This document shows, piece by piece, positions 8,286 to 17,075 of a DNA stretch of 34,911 nucleotides (its first letter is position 1; each line of letters begins with the position of its first letter). Below the pieces are notes generated by a model. It did not search any database. It was not told where the DNA came from and saw nothing but the letters and a program-made list of their open reading frames with translations. Source of the stretch: a virus. Taxonomy: Duplodnaviria; Caudoviricetes. A program made the translations under genes and the position numbers. The stretch is from IMG/VR virus record IMGVR_UViG_3300011339_000094, positions 1 to 34,911 of that record. One strand, written 5' to 3'.

Positions 8286-9713
8286 TTATGCTACTCGCGG
8301 AAGATTTCTGCGCAGCGGCTTGTTCCAGGACACCTTCGCGCCGCCGAATGCACCTACCACCGCGTCTGAGGCAAACGTAAGGCAAAAGGCATCTGCCCTG
8401 TCAGGACTCGGGAACCCGCGCTTGCGAATCTCGTCCTTGCCCTCGATCTGAATCTTTCCGGAACTGGTGAACGAGTACCGGACGATGGCCAACTCGGCCA
8501 CCAGCGCCTCATCTTTCGGCATCTTGCAGTCCCGACCCTCCAGCCAGCCCTTGGCCTTGTGCCATAGCTCGGCCTTCAGGTTCCGGTACGTCGCGCCCAT
8601 TGCGGGTGACTCGGACACGTTGATGCCGCGACAGGGCAAACCCAATTCCCGCAGCCGGTCAACCACTCCGGCGCCCAGGCCGATGCTGTCCACCAGGATT
8701 TCGGTAGGTCGCTCGGATGGCGGCAGGGACTCGTACTCGGAGACCACCGCGCCGGTCAACTGCATCAGGTCCAGGTTCTTCCACGTCTTGATTGGCTCGG
8801 TCACCGCGTTACCCTTGCGCTTGCAGAGCGCCGACCGGTCACTTCCGAACCGCGCGACGTCCAGACCCCAGACCATTGGCGCTGACTGGCTCGGCTCGAC
8901 ATCCCTCTGCTGCGCCATCTCCAGCAACTCCATCGGGATGACGGTATCGTCATCTGAGCGTGGGAACTCTCCAAGTACGCGAATCCGGTAAGCGTTGCTC
9001 TCCTCGCCGTAGCGTGCCGCCATCTCTCCCAGGTACGCCTGGCTAACTCGTGGAGAGTCGGCGCAACTCACCTTCATCGTCACCCAGTCATCCTTCAGCC
9101 GGTTGTGGGTGTCGTAAAAGAAACCAGTGGAGCGCACCGGATTCCCGAGTAGCAGCGTCACCGCCTTGTGACCCGACATCGAGCCTGCTGCGGCTTCAAA
9201 CACCGCCTCTGGGATGCCGGATGCCTCGTCGGCCACCAGCATGACGTTGTCGCTGTGGACGCCTTGCAATGCCTCGGGCTGCTCGGCTCGGCTGGTCCTG
9301 GCCGAGATGAACGCCTCGTTCGGCGCCTCCTTCACCTCGACCCTGTCCTGCTTCACGTCCAGTTGGTCGAACAGCATCGGCGGTAGCTGCTTAACCCACC
9401 GCTTCAGTTCCGCGAACAGGGCGTCGTAGAGCTGGCTTGACGTTGGCGCTGTAACGACAATCTTTACAGGGAAGCGCAGGAACAGATACCACAGCATTGC
9501 CCAGGCGCTGGCCGTACTCTTGCCCACGCCGTGGCCGGAGCGCACGCTGATGCGTCGGTTTCCTGCCGCGATGTGATTCAGAAACTCTACTTGCCAGACA
9601 TCCGGTTCGGTGTTCAGCACCTCTTTCACGAACAGCACTGGGTCGTTGCGGTAGCGCAATGCGAACTCAATAAACGGGTTCTCTGGAGTTGCTAAATTTT
9701 TTTTGGAAGACAT
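8286..9713 (-). CDS. terL: Terminase large subunit
   Basis: Walker A SGHGVGKS, Walker B LVADEA, LLGNP coupling motif, nuclease GLDVARFGSD and SPDRADA; start could be 9713 or 9722. Confidence 0.95.
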   Translation of the reverse strand: MSSKKNLATPENPFIEFALRYRNDPVLFVKEVLNTEPDVWQVEFLNHIAAGNRRISVRSGHGVGKSTASAWAMLWYLFLRFPVKIVVTAPTSSQLYDALFAELKRWVKQLPPMLFDQLDVKQDRVEVKEAPNEAFISARTSRAEQPEALQGVHSDNVMLVADEASGIPEAVFEAAAGSMSGHKAVTLLLGNPVRSTGFFYDTHNRLKDDWVTMKVSCADSPRVSQAYLGEMAARYGEESNAYRIRVLGEFPRSDDDTVIPMELLEMAQQRDVEPSQSAPMVWGLDVARFGSDRSALCKRKGNAVTEPIKTWKNLDLMQLTGAVVSEYESLPPSERPTEILVDSIGLGAGVVDRLRELGLPCRGINVSESPAMGATYRNLKAELWHKAKGWLEGRDCKMPKDEALVAELAIVRYSFTSSGKIQIEGKDEIRKRGFPSPDRADAFCLTFASDAVVGAFGGAKVSWNKPLRRNLPRVA

Positions 9714-9929
9714 AGGGCGCAATCAGGTGGGGGGGGTGGGGGGGTCAGAGGGATAGTCACCAGCCTAGCGGATAGTCACTAGTGTGCATTCGTTCATCCG
9801 GTAGGTGTTTGGGTGCTGCCACAACCGCCCCGCCGCCACGGCCCCACGGGGGGGGTCGGCGCGGTCCGATGGCCAGGGCGCACCGGCCAGAAAAACTTAG
9901 TTCGTTCAACGAACAAACGATATGCGGCC

Positions 9930-10157
9930 TGTGGATAACTCAGCACGCTGCGCGTCCCCTCTGACGCTGCGCTATGGTGCGCGTAAGCCTATGATTCCAT
10001 TGAGTATTTCGCTGCGCGTCTGCACTTAGTGCGAGCAAACTACTTAACACAGTGTCCATTATGTGAATGAAAACAGGGTGTTTATGCCTGTTTCTGCTTA
10101 ATTGTTGAGCAAATGCACTCATTCTGTGGATAACTTTGGCATCTGGTCTGTGGATAA
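9930..10157 (-). promoter_or_regulatory. Cluster of three perfect DnaA boxes (TTATCCACA on minus) at 9930-9938, 10125-10133 and 10149-10157
   Basis: Each lies in an identical CTGTGGATAACT 12-mer on the plus strand. Confidence 0.7.
10042..10069 (-). other. dif-like (XerC/XerD) recombination site
   Basis: Minus strand CATTCACATAA-TGGACA-CTGTGTTAAGT vs E. coli dif GGTGCGCATAA-TGTATA-TTATGTTAAAT: 19/28 by hand, 11-6-11 architecture. Confidence 0.5.
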
Positions 10158-10565
10158 CTGCTCAACCACTTCGACGTGGCGTAGCGCCTCCATGCGTAAA
10201 CCCTGGATGGAAATGTTCACGGCCTGCGCCTTGTCAGTGCCGTACGTCTTCCTGTCCCAGCGTTCAGCCAGCCACTGGCGCGTTTTGATCTGGTAGCCAG
10301 GCTTCATTTGGTTTGCGTCCGCAACGCTGTCCGCAATGGTCACTAACTCGCAAGCGAATTTGTCTGCCGCGAGTGTGCGCGCGCGCGTTATTTTAGCGCC
10401 ATGATCGTTTTCATCTATCCATCTGTCGAGCGCACGCTTGCTGACGCCCATCCCGATGCAGATTTCCGAGATCGACTTTCCCTCCTCAAACATCAGAAAG
10501 ATCATCTCCTCATCGAGCTCGTTGAGCAATGCCACGTCACGGTGGACTTTCGGATTCCCAGGCAT
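10119..10565 (-). CDS. terS: Terminase small subunit
   Basis: N-terminal HTH (EGKSISEIC..GVSKRALDRW), ARTLAAD and IKTRQWLAERWDRKTYG motifs; directly upstream of terL. Confidence 0.85.
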   Translation of the reverse strand: MPGNPKVHRDVALLNELDEEMIFLMFEEGKSISEICIGMGVSKRALDRWIDENDHGAKITRARTLAADKFACELVTIADSVADANQMKPGYQIKTRQWLAERWDRKTYGTDKAQAVNISIQGLRMEALRHVEVVEQLSTDQMPKLSTE

Positions 10566-10628
10566 CAGATGACCCTCCAAGCGTTTTTCGTTACCGCAAG
10601 CACCCTACGCACCACCTCATCCCACAAA

Positions 10629-11276
10629 TCACGTCCTGCGCTCATTCTTAGCCCTTTCTGCTGCCTTCGTATCAAACATCTTGCCGCCCTTGAACGGTTT
10701 GCTGATGTCGATGTCGTTCTCCATCTCCTCAAACCCGCTGCTGCCTTGCGGCGTCACGGGAACCATTGTCGCGCTTGGTATCGCCGCCTTGATGTCTCTC
10801 ACCTGCTTGAGTGTCGGCCCGTTCATCACCACCTCCAGTTCCGCGAGTGTCCAGATCGACCTCGCTCCTGGCGCTTTGCGGAACTGCTCGTACCAGGTAG
10901 CCACCTGCTTATCCTTGACAACTACCATCAGGCTCCCGTCGGCCATCTGGTGTTCCATGCAATCGATTTTAGGCATCTGCTCAATGCCTGCCTCAGTCGC
11001 CCACCTGGTGAGCGCTCTGTAAGCCGCGATCATTCCCTTGGTGGCCTTCTCCAGCCTCTCCTCGTCCCGCGCCTGGCTTGCCTCCCAGATGCGCTCCCGC
11101 TGCGCGTTGAACTTCCTGCGGAACTCAGGCTCCACCAAATCGATCACTCGGTCAATGCCCCAGGTCTTCTCATGCTCCAGCTTCGCCAGTTCCATCTCCA
11201 CCATCAGCGAGTGCTGAAAGACCTTGAAAGGGTCAGACGGAAATACGTCACGCTCTGTAAGTTTCTTCGATGCCAT
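10629..11276 (-). CDS. Hypothetical protein
   Basis: AAGGAG RBS before the ATG at 11276; 215-aa ORF. Confidence 0.8.
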   Translation of the reverse strand: MASKKLTERDVFPSDPFKVFQHSLMVEMELAKLEHEKTWGIDRVIDLVEPEFRRKFNAQRERIWEASQARDEERLEKATKGMIAAYRALTRWATEAGIEQMPKIDCMEHQMADGSLMVVVKDKQVATWYEQFRKAPGARSIWTLAELEVVMNGPTLKQVRDIKAAIPSATMVPVTPQGSSGFEEMENDIDISKPFKGGKMFDTKAAERAKNERRT

Positions 11277-11290
11277 GCTCATCTCCTTCA

Positions 11291-11515
11291 ATAGCCGACT
11301 TCAACTGATAGCCAACTTCAAAATCCCGAGATAGCCGACTAGCCGACTTCATATTGCATTAAGCAATATTATGCAAGTCGGCTATCCGACTACCTATTTC
11401 TGGCCGACTTGACCATAGCCAGCTTGCCATGTTTTTACAAGTCGGCTATGTTTTCCAAACATTAGTACATAGCCAGCTTGCCATGTTTTCATAGCCAACT
11501 TCATAAGTCGGCTAT
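11291..11515. repeat. Iteron array / probable replication origin
   Basis: About 11 copies of the ATAGCCGACTT consensus (8 direct, 3 inverted) around the palindrome ATATTGC-ATTAA-GCAATAT (11351-11369), immediately after the primase-helicase stop. Confidence 0.8.
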
Positions 11516-13626
11516 CAAAATGAGGACACAAACGGCTCATCTTTGTCCTTGTCGGGGTAAATCACCCAGCAGTATTCCGCCACGTCAGTCTTGTAGTAGC
11601 CCACCAATTCCTTGGCAAACATTGACTTCTTGCCCTTGTAGAAGTCCGTGTTGATGCTCTGGCTGTCACCCTTCAGCTTCACAAACTCGTCCTTCCACTC
11701 GTTCACCGTCACCGTCTTATGGCGCTGGTCACCGACGTTTGTCATGTGCCCATTCTTTTCTAACGCCTTGTGGATGGCATTCAGCGCCACCTGTTGGTTC
11801 TCCTGCAGCTTGCGTGGTTTGTCCTGGCGGTTGACTGCTTGCTGCTGCATTTCCTGCTGGATTGCCTCGTCGCTGGCTCTAACCGCCAGGCTGATCTGGG
11901 CTTCGGCAATGCCTAATGCGCTGGCCTGAATCTCCACCTTCACCATCTCAAAGCCTATCCGCACCCCGTCCTGGCCGTCCTTCTGCTTGCTTATCGTGAG
12001 GATGCCTGATCCCGCTATCGGGCCTGACGGGTTGGGAACTGAGTCAATCTTCATCAGTTCCAGTTGGGTGTCCACGGCTCCCAGCAGGCTTGAGTGCCCA
12101 CGCAAACCCTTGGTGGCATCCTTTCCGCTGTGATGCAGCACCATCATGGCGCATCCCAACATCCGTTGAATCCGTCCCGCGTTGTGGATAAACGCTCCCA
12201 TGTCTTCGCTGTTGTTCTCGTTGCCACCGCCAAACGCTCGGGCTAAGGTATCAATCTGCACCAGTTCAAACTGGACGCCGGTCTTCTCCACCAGGTCCTT
12301 GATCGAGGCCACCAACAGGTCGAAGTCTTCCGCGCTGCTCCTCATGTTTATCGCGGCCCTGATGACGTAGATTTCGGCTCCAGCTTGCGTGCGGTTGTGC
12401 ATCTTGCAGGCTTTGATGCGTGCGCCGATGCCGCCGAAGCCTTCCCCGCAGATGTACAGCACCGCACCGGCAGCTTGCACCTCCCGCCCCATCCACGCCC
12501 TGCCCGTTGCCACCGCCTCCGCAATGTCGAGCGCAACGAATGACTTGTAACTGCCTGGCGGCCCGTAAAGGGCAGCAAACGCCTTCTTCGGCAGGACGTT
12601 GTCTATCAGCCACTCCACCGGCTCGTCCTCGATGTCATCCCAAGCCTCAATGTTGAGCAGTTGCCGCGGTACTAGGATGGGTACGTTCGTACCCAAATCG
12701 GGTTCGATTGGGTAATCTATTGGGTGAGTTCTATCAAATTTATCGTGGTCTACGGTAACTTCGGTAGTTTCCCGTGGAACAATCCACTCGGGCGGCTGCA
12801 CCTGGTCCACGCTGGTGATGACGGGCAGCGCCTTGGCAAGTTCTGCAAGCCTGGCTCGGTCACCGCCATCCGCAACCCACTCATATGCATCATCCCCGAG
12901 TTCCGGTAAGTTGAAGTCGAGGACTCTGATCGCTTTGGCGACTGGCAGAAGAGCCTCCACCACCCGCTTGGCGTACTTCCAGCCTGGTGCGTCGCAGTCC
13001 GGAACCACTATCACCACCGCGCCGGCAAAGTATTGGGTGATGTCTGCCGGCCAGTGGCTTGCACCAGCGTGGCTCGTTGTGGCAATGGCCCCTATGCTGA
13101 CCAAGGCATCCGCTGCCTTCTCTCCTTCAACTAGGTAGATGGCGCGTCCAGCTTCCCTTGCGTTGATAAGTTCCGGCAGGCGGTAGGGAACTATCCGCGC
13201 ACCTGTCATGCTGCCCTTGCGGTTGCCAGCGGCATCCACCTTGTGCAAGCTGTACGTCTTACCCTTCTCGGTGTTGGTCTTGAACCGGCGCTTGACGAAC
13301 AGCGTCTCGCCTTGCTCGTCCTTGTACTCCCACTCCTGCTCCAGCGTTGGCATAGTCATCAATTCACCTTTAATGAGCGCGAGACTGTACTCCTGGCGCT
13401 GGATGCTTGGCAATAGGTTGCGTTCTCGCACGGCGTCAAATACCGAGTGCTGGTCGCATCCACCGTGGCAGTGGAATAACAGTTTGCCATTGTCTTCCTT
13501 GATGGACAGGGACGGGTTCTTGTCCCCGTTGCCGCGTCCGTGCCCAGCGACAGGGCAACTCGCCAACCAGTTCCCGTTCACCTGCTTGGCGTTGCCGAGG
13601 GCTTTGGCTATTTGTTCTGTGTCCAT
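11515..13626 (-). CDS. Primase-helicase (Zn finger + TOPRIM + RepA/AAA_25 helicase)
   Basis: CPVAGH..CHGGC zinc motif; LVEGEKAAD and PDCD TOPRIM; GPPGSYKS Walker A, QIDTLAR, HHSGKD, LRGHSSL. Confidence 0.92.
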   Translation of the reverse strand: MDTEQIAKALGNAKQVNGNWLASCPVAGHGRGNGDKNPSLSIKEDNGKLLFHCHGGCDQHSVFDAVRERNLLPSIQRQEYSLALIKGELMTMPTLEQEWEYKDEQGETLFVKRRFKTNTEKGKTYSLHKVDAAGNRKGSMTGARIVPYRLPELINAREAGRAIYLVEGEKAADALVSIGAIATTSHAGASHWPADITQYFAGAVVIVVPDCDAPGWKYAKRVVEALLPVAKAIRVLDFNLPELGDDAYEWVADGGDRARLAELAKALPVITSVDQVQPPEWIVPRETTEVTVDHDKFDRTHPIDYPIEPDLGTNVPILVPRQLLNIEAWDDIEDEPVEWLIDNVLPKKAFAALYGPPGSYKSFVALDIAEAVATGRAWMGREVQAAGAVLYICGEGFGGIGARIKACKMHNRTQAGAEIYVIRAAINMRSSAEDFDLLVASIKDLVEKTGVQFELVQIDTLARAFGGGNENNSEDMGAFIHNAGRIQRMLGCAMMVLHHSGKDATKGLRGHSSLLGAVDTQLELMKIDSVPNPSGPIAGSGILTISKQKDGQDGVRIGFEMVKVEIQASALGIAEAQISLAVRASDEAIQQEMQQQAVNRQDKPRKLQENQQVALNAIHKALEKNGHMTNVGDQRHKTVTVNEWKDEFVKLKGDSQSINTDFYKGKKSMFAKELVGYYKTDVAEYCWVIYPDKDKDEPFVSSF

Positions 13627-13649
13627 GTCTCGTTCTCAGTTTTTAGGGG

Positions 13650-13682
13650 AAAAAAAAGCCGGTGGAGATCAACCCACCGGCT
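13650..13682 (-). terminator. Rho-independent terminator after the SSB gene
   Basis: Minus strand GCCGGTGG-loop-CCACCGGC followed by T8. Confidence 0.85.
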
Positions 13683-13695
13683 ACCAGATTACTGG

Positions 13696-14268
13696 TTAGA
13701 AAAACTCTTCGTCATCCATCACGGGTGCAGGCGCAGGCTTTGCCGCCTTGCGTACAGGCACTGGCTCCGGCTCAAACTCGTCACCGGCATCCGCGTTCAT
13801 GCCAGCAGGCCGCGCAACCCACGACACCAGCTTAAAGTTCGGCACTCGCGTGTTGCCCTTGCCAACCTTCTCGGCCGTCGAGTTGACGTACTCGATGACC
13901 GGCAGCTTGCCCTCGTTGTTACCAGCAGCCTTGTCGCACTCGTTGTAGATTTTCTCAAAACCCTTGCATGGACCGTAGGCGTTGGCGCTCCAATCGACCA
14001 GGCCGAGTTCCTTTGAGTACAACGTCACGACAAACCCACGCTTGTAACCCTCGCCAGGTGATTGGCTCTTAGCGCCCAGCACCTCATCAGGCTGCCAATC
14101 GCGTACACCCGCACCAATCATCAACCAGCCGGTCTGCACCGAGTCCAGGTCCATGACCACCTTCTTGAGTTGGATTTCCTCACCGTCGCGGTTAGTCCAG
14201 GCGTTGGCCTGTGGTGCAAAGCGGATGTAGCTGTTACCACTACCGTTGTTGTTTGAAAGATTTAGCAT
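13696..14268 (-). CDS. Putative single-stranded DNA-binding protein
   Basis: Beta-rich core, acidic-aromatic tail DDEEFF; located between the nuclease and primase genes. Confidence 0.7.
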   Translation of the reverse strand: MLNLSNNNGSGNSYIRFAPQANAWTNRDGEEIQLKKVVMDLDSVQTGWLMIGAGVRDWQPDEVLGAKSQSPGEGYKRGFVVTLYSKELGLVDWSANAYGPCKGFEKIYNECDKAAGNNEGKLPVIEYVNSTAEKVGKGNTRVPNFKLVSWVARPAGMNADAGDEFEPEPVPVRKAAKPAPAPVMDDEEFF

Positions 14269-14303
14269 TTCAGTTTCCTAAGTTAACGGGCTTTCGCCCA
14301 ATG

Positions 14304-15365
14304 TTAGATGTCGGAGGATTCCAACATCTTTGCCAGAGTCAGGCCACTAGAGACCTTCTCTGTCAAATCGTCGAGCAGATGCCGGTCATCTTTGCTCAGT
14401 AATTTCTCAGCTTGCGCTGGGGTAATCATTTCGCTTTTGTATAGCTGTTCATATTTAAGTCGAGCAAGCAAATCTACGGGATCAAATCGTTCCTTCCATT
14501 TGCGGATAGCGCGTTTCGGAACCAGGTTCCAACCTGGCACTGCACCGCCATCCTCAAGCCGCTTGGTCGCCACCTTACGCAACTCCTCGTAGAAAGCCTC
14601 CACCAGTTCGCCCTGCTCCAACCAGGTGGCAATCTCATCTGCGCTCAGTTCCTTGGTAGGTGCCAATGGCAACTCGTAAGCCTTCTCCCGCAAGGCTGGG
14701 CAGTGTAGCTTGGCTGGGCAATACTTGCAGGCGTCCTTTGTAGGTGTCGGGTAGGCATTCATGGTCGCAATGTCGTTGACCGCTGTCATCAGTTCGTTAT
14801 CGCGCCACTGGAGCAATTCGTACAGCGTCATCTCGTGAGTGCGGTTAGCGCCGACCTGGGGCTGGACAATCGTTAGGCGAATCGTCTGGAAGTCGCCCAA
14901 TGCCTTCATCATGGCGAGAGCGTAAATCTTTAGCTGCGCGGAGTCGGCGTCAACGTAGTTTCGGCCCGTCTTCAGGTCCACAATCTCGATGATGCTGTCC
15001 TTCACGCTGTACCCGACAACGTCGCACGTCCCTGCCAACTGCAACTGCATGGTGTTAAGGACCGTCCCGTGCTGCTCCACCAGGACTCGGCCTAAGTCTT
15101 TCTCCAAGCGCTTGATGGTGTCAAGGTGTAGCTGCGCAAACTCAGCGTTCTGCTCGGTGATGCGGATACCCTCCACCAGCTTGTCGATGTAGTTCTTCGG
15201 GTCATCCTCAGTCTGCCAGCATAGTTCGGCCAAAGCGTGAATTGCTGTCCCGGTTTGCGCGGCCTCACCACTCGGCGAGTCAGGGATGCCGACTGACAGG
15301 TGGACACTTGCGGGGCACGCCATCCAACGTGATGCTGCGCTCGGCCTTAGTTTGATCCGTTCCAT
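14304..15365 (-). CDS. Cas4-like PD-(D/E)XK exonuclease (DUF2800)
   Basis: PSAASRWMACPAS, GTAIHALAE, GTCD..IVDLKTG, QLKIYA, CKYCPAKLHC. Confidence 0.88.
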   Translation of the reverse strand: MERIKLRPSAASRWMACPASVHLSVGIPDSPSGEAAQTGTAIHALAELCWQTEDDPKNYIDKLVEGIRITEQNAEFAQLHLDTIKRLEKDLGRVLVEQHGTVLNTMQLQLAGTCDVVGYSVKDSIIEIVDLKTGRNYVDADSAQLKIYALAMMKALGDFQTIRLTIVQPQVGANRTHEMTLYELLQWRDNELMTAVNDIATMNAYPTPTKDACKYCPAKLHCPALREKAYELPLAPTKELSADEIATWLEQGELVEAFYEELRKVATKRLEDGGAVPGWNLVPKRAIRKWKERFDPVDLLARLKYEQLYKSEMITPAQAEKLLSKDDRHLLDDLTEKVSSGLTLAKMLESSDI

Positions 15366-15568
15366 TTTTCTCTCTCTCTTTCGTGTTCGTTTGAAATGAT
15401 TGCGTAGGCTTGTTTGCGTACTTCGTTGGTGACCGCGTGACCCAGGTCATCAGGGTCCAGCAGGCGCTTGAGCAGGACAGTCTTATCTCTAGATGATTCG
15501 CGCTCACGCTCTAGCTGAGTCCCCAGCCAGATGATGTGTTCGCGCATGGTTTTTAGTTCGTCAAGCAT
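15347..15568 (-). CDS. Hypothetical protein
   Basis: 73-aa ORF overlapping both neighbours. Confidence 0.65.
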   Translation of the reverse strand: MLDELKTMREHIIWLGTQLERERESSRDKTVLLKRLLDPDDLGHAVTNEVRKQAYAIISNEHEREREKWNGSN

Positions 15569-16043
15569 TTTTTGTGATGTACCAGTAAGCGAGCAATGCA
15601 GCATCTGCTCGGCCATCGTCCTTTGCACGCTTGAACAGTTCGGCTTTGCTTGGGAACAGTTCCATCGCCCTCATGCGGCTGGCATCCTTACCCGCTGCGC
15701 GGCCTACAGCCTTCGTCCAGGTGGCAGGGGTGACATAGGTGCTTGGGAAGTGCATCGCGGCTACAACGCCCTCTATGATGCCTGCGCTGCGCCCAAAGTT
15801 AAACATTGATGTCACGCCCTGACCAGGCATCGCGCCAACCTTCTCGATGACAACGTGCGCTTCATTTCGCGGATACCAGCCGTCTAGTATGTCCACCAAG
15901 GTCACCGCTGAAATGTGGCTCTTCATGGTCTTGCCTGATGCAATCTTCAGCGTAGGCATATCCACTACACAATCCAGCACTCCATCCTCAAAGAATGCAA
16001 TGGCTCCGCTGATGCCTGGGTCGATGCCGATGACAAAACTCAT
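15561..16043 (-). CDS. RuvC-like Holliday junction resolvase
   Basis: VIGIDPGISGA, VVIEKV, SMFNFG, DGRADAALLA; ATGA overlap start at 16043. Confidence 0.88.
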   Translation of the reverse strand: MSFVIGIDPGISGAIAFFEDGVLDCVVDMPTLKIASGKTMKSHISAVTLVDILDGWYPRNEAHVVIEKVGAMPGQGVTSMFNFGRSAGIIEGVVAAMHFPSTYVTPATWTKAVGRAAGKDASRMRAMELFPSKAELFKRAKDDGRADAALLAYWYITKNA

Positions 16044-16270
16044 TGCTGGCTCTCCTTCTGTAGCTGCGCCAGCCTGACTTCCACCAGGGCATCGCAAGCC
16101 TCCTGCAACTTGATGACTGCCGAGTACAGCGGGATCACCTTGCCGGTAGACCAGCGGGAGACCTGGGCCTTGTCAATGCCTGCCGCGTAAGCGACATCGC
16201 TCAACGTAAAACCTGACCGTTCCGCTTTCTCGCGGATCGTCCTGATTGCAGATTGTGTGATTGTTTCCAT
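16040..16270 (-). CDS. Cro/XRE-like HTH regulator
   Basis: TLSDVAYAAGIDKAQVSRW HTH; first gene of the leftward operon. Confidence 0.8.
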   Translation of the reverse strand: METITQSAIRTIREKAERSGFTLSDVAYAAGIDKAQVSRWSTGKVIPLYSAVIKLQEACDALVEVRLAQLQKESQQ

Positions 16271-16402
16271 GATGGTATTGTCAACTCCTAAGTGACGCAT
16301 TATGCATTCTTTTTTCTGAGGGTTATCCCTACCCTATTTCGCAACTGCTGTTGTCGTCATGTATGAGATGATTACTTCGTCATCAACAACCGAGGTATCA
16401 CA
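16271..16402. promoter_or_regulatory. Divergent control region
   Basis: Non-coding gap between divergent genes; TGCATAAT on the minus strand, near-palindrome AGGGTTATCCCT at 16319-16330, GAGGT RBS. Confidence 0.55.
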
Positions 16403-16687
16403 ATGAAACTCACCGAGTACCAGCGCAGCCAGCTTAAAGCTGCCGCAAAATTTGGAGGCAGCCAAATCGACAAGGTCGCCGCCAGCTTGCAACGCGAGAA
16501 CCCTGCCGCCTTCTGGCTTGACAGTGAACTCTCGCAGCGCGACTTCTATCACCAGCCAATGGCTCCGCACCGGTCTTACGTTGAGCGTTTCATCCCTCGC
16601 CGCCGTGAGCAGGACAATGAGCGCGACCAGATCATGGCGCAGAACCATTACCTGGCATACACCCACCAAATTGGAGCAGCAGCATGA
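16403..16687 (+). CDS. Hypothetical early protein
   Basis: GAGGT RBS; first gene of the plus-strand coupled operon. Confidence 0.75.
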   Translation: MKLTEYQRSQLKAAAKFGGSQIDKVAASLQRENPAAFWLDSELSQRDFYHQPMAPHRSYVERFIPRRREQDNERDQIMAQNHYLAYTHQIGAAA

Positions 16688-16770
16688 AAAAACTAATCCT
16701 CGACGCGGCACTCTCTGCCGTAATCCTCGCCAGCTTGTCCTATGTCCTAACTCAATGGTGGTTTGTATGA
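16684..16770 (+). CDS. 28-aa hydrophobic peptide MKKLILDAALSAVILASLSYVLTQWWFV (not in the ORF track)
   Basis: GGAG RBS, ATGA overlaps at both ends. Confidence 0.65.
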   Translation: MKKLILDAALSAVILASLSYVLTQWWFV

Positions 16771-17075
16771 ACATCGAAGAACTGAAACTGATACTGGAGA
16801 CCATCCGGTCACTGTCAGGTGACGCAAGCACTGCGGCCTACTGGTACTTTTGCTTGGAGTTTGCCAAGTTTGTGCTTGGCTGGCTTGTTGGTGCTGGGGT
16901 AGTGCTGACTTTTTTGAAAACGATTGCTAATGCGAACGGCGTACGTGTAGACGAAGAGTTTATGCGTGAATGCCGTGATGCGCTAGGCATTGGTTTGCGT
17001 GGAGGTCTTTCTATTAATGAACGATATAACACGCAACAAGCCATTCGCAAACTGATTAAGGAGAGCAAGCAATGA
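16767..17075 (+). CDS. Hypothetical membrane protein (start 16767)
   Basis: ATGA coupling; one hydrophobic segment; lower GC than neighbours. Confidence 0.7.
   Translation: MNIEELKLILETIRSLSGDASTAAYWYFCLEFAKFVLGWLVGAGVVLTFLKTIANANGVRVDEEFMRECRDALGIGLRGGLSINERYNTQQAIRKLIKESKQ

Noticed and set aside
10565-10645. 26-codon ORF coupled to the terS start (TGATG)
   Set aside because: Very short, no clear RBS or motif; unsupported
11291-11515. Repeat array as a mini-CRISPR
   Set aside because: 11-bp units in both orientations with irregular, partly duplicated spacing; fits iterons
12183-12191. Fourth perfect DnaA box
   Set aside because: Isolated, inside the helicase coding sequence (FIHN), lacks the shared 12-mer context; may be chance
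14288-14299. GGGC-GAAA-GCCC hairpin (minus) upstream of the SSB gene
   Set aside because: Only 4 bp with no U-tract; cannot support a terminator or boxB call
14304-15365. Cas4-like gene as part of a CRISPR system
   Set aside because: Stand-alone phage nuclease within the replication module; no other cas genes or array
15369-15379. (TC)n dinucleotide run as a phase-variation tract
   Set aside because: Short; doubles as the purine-rich RBS region and encodes ERER of the upstream gene
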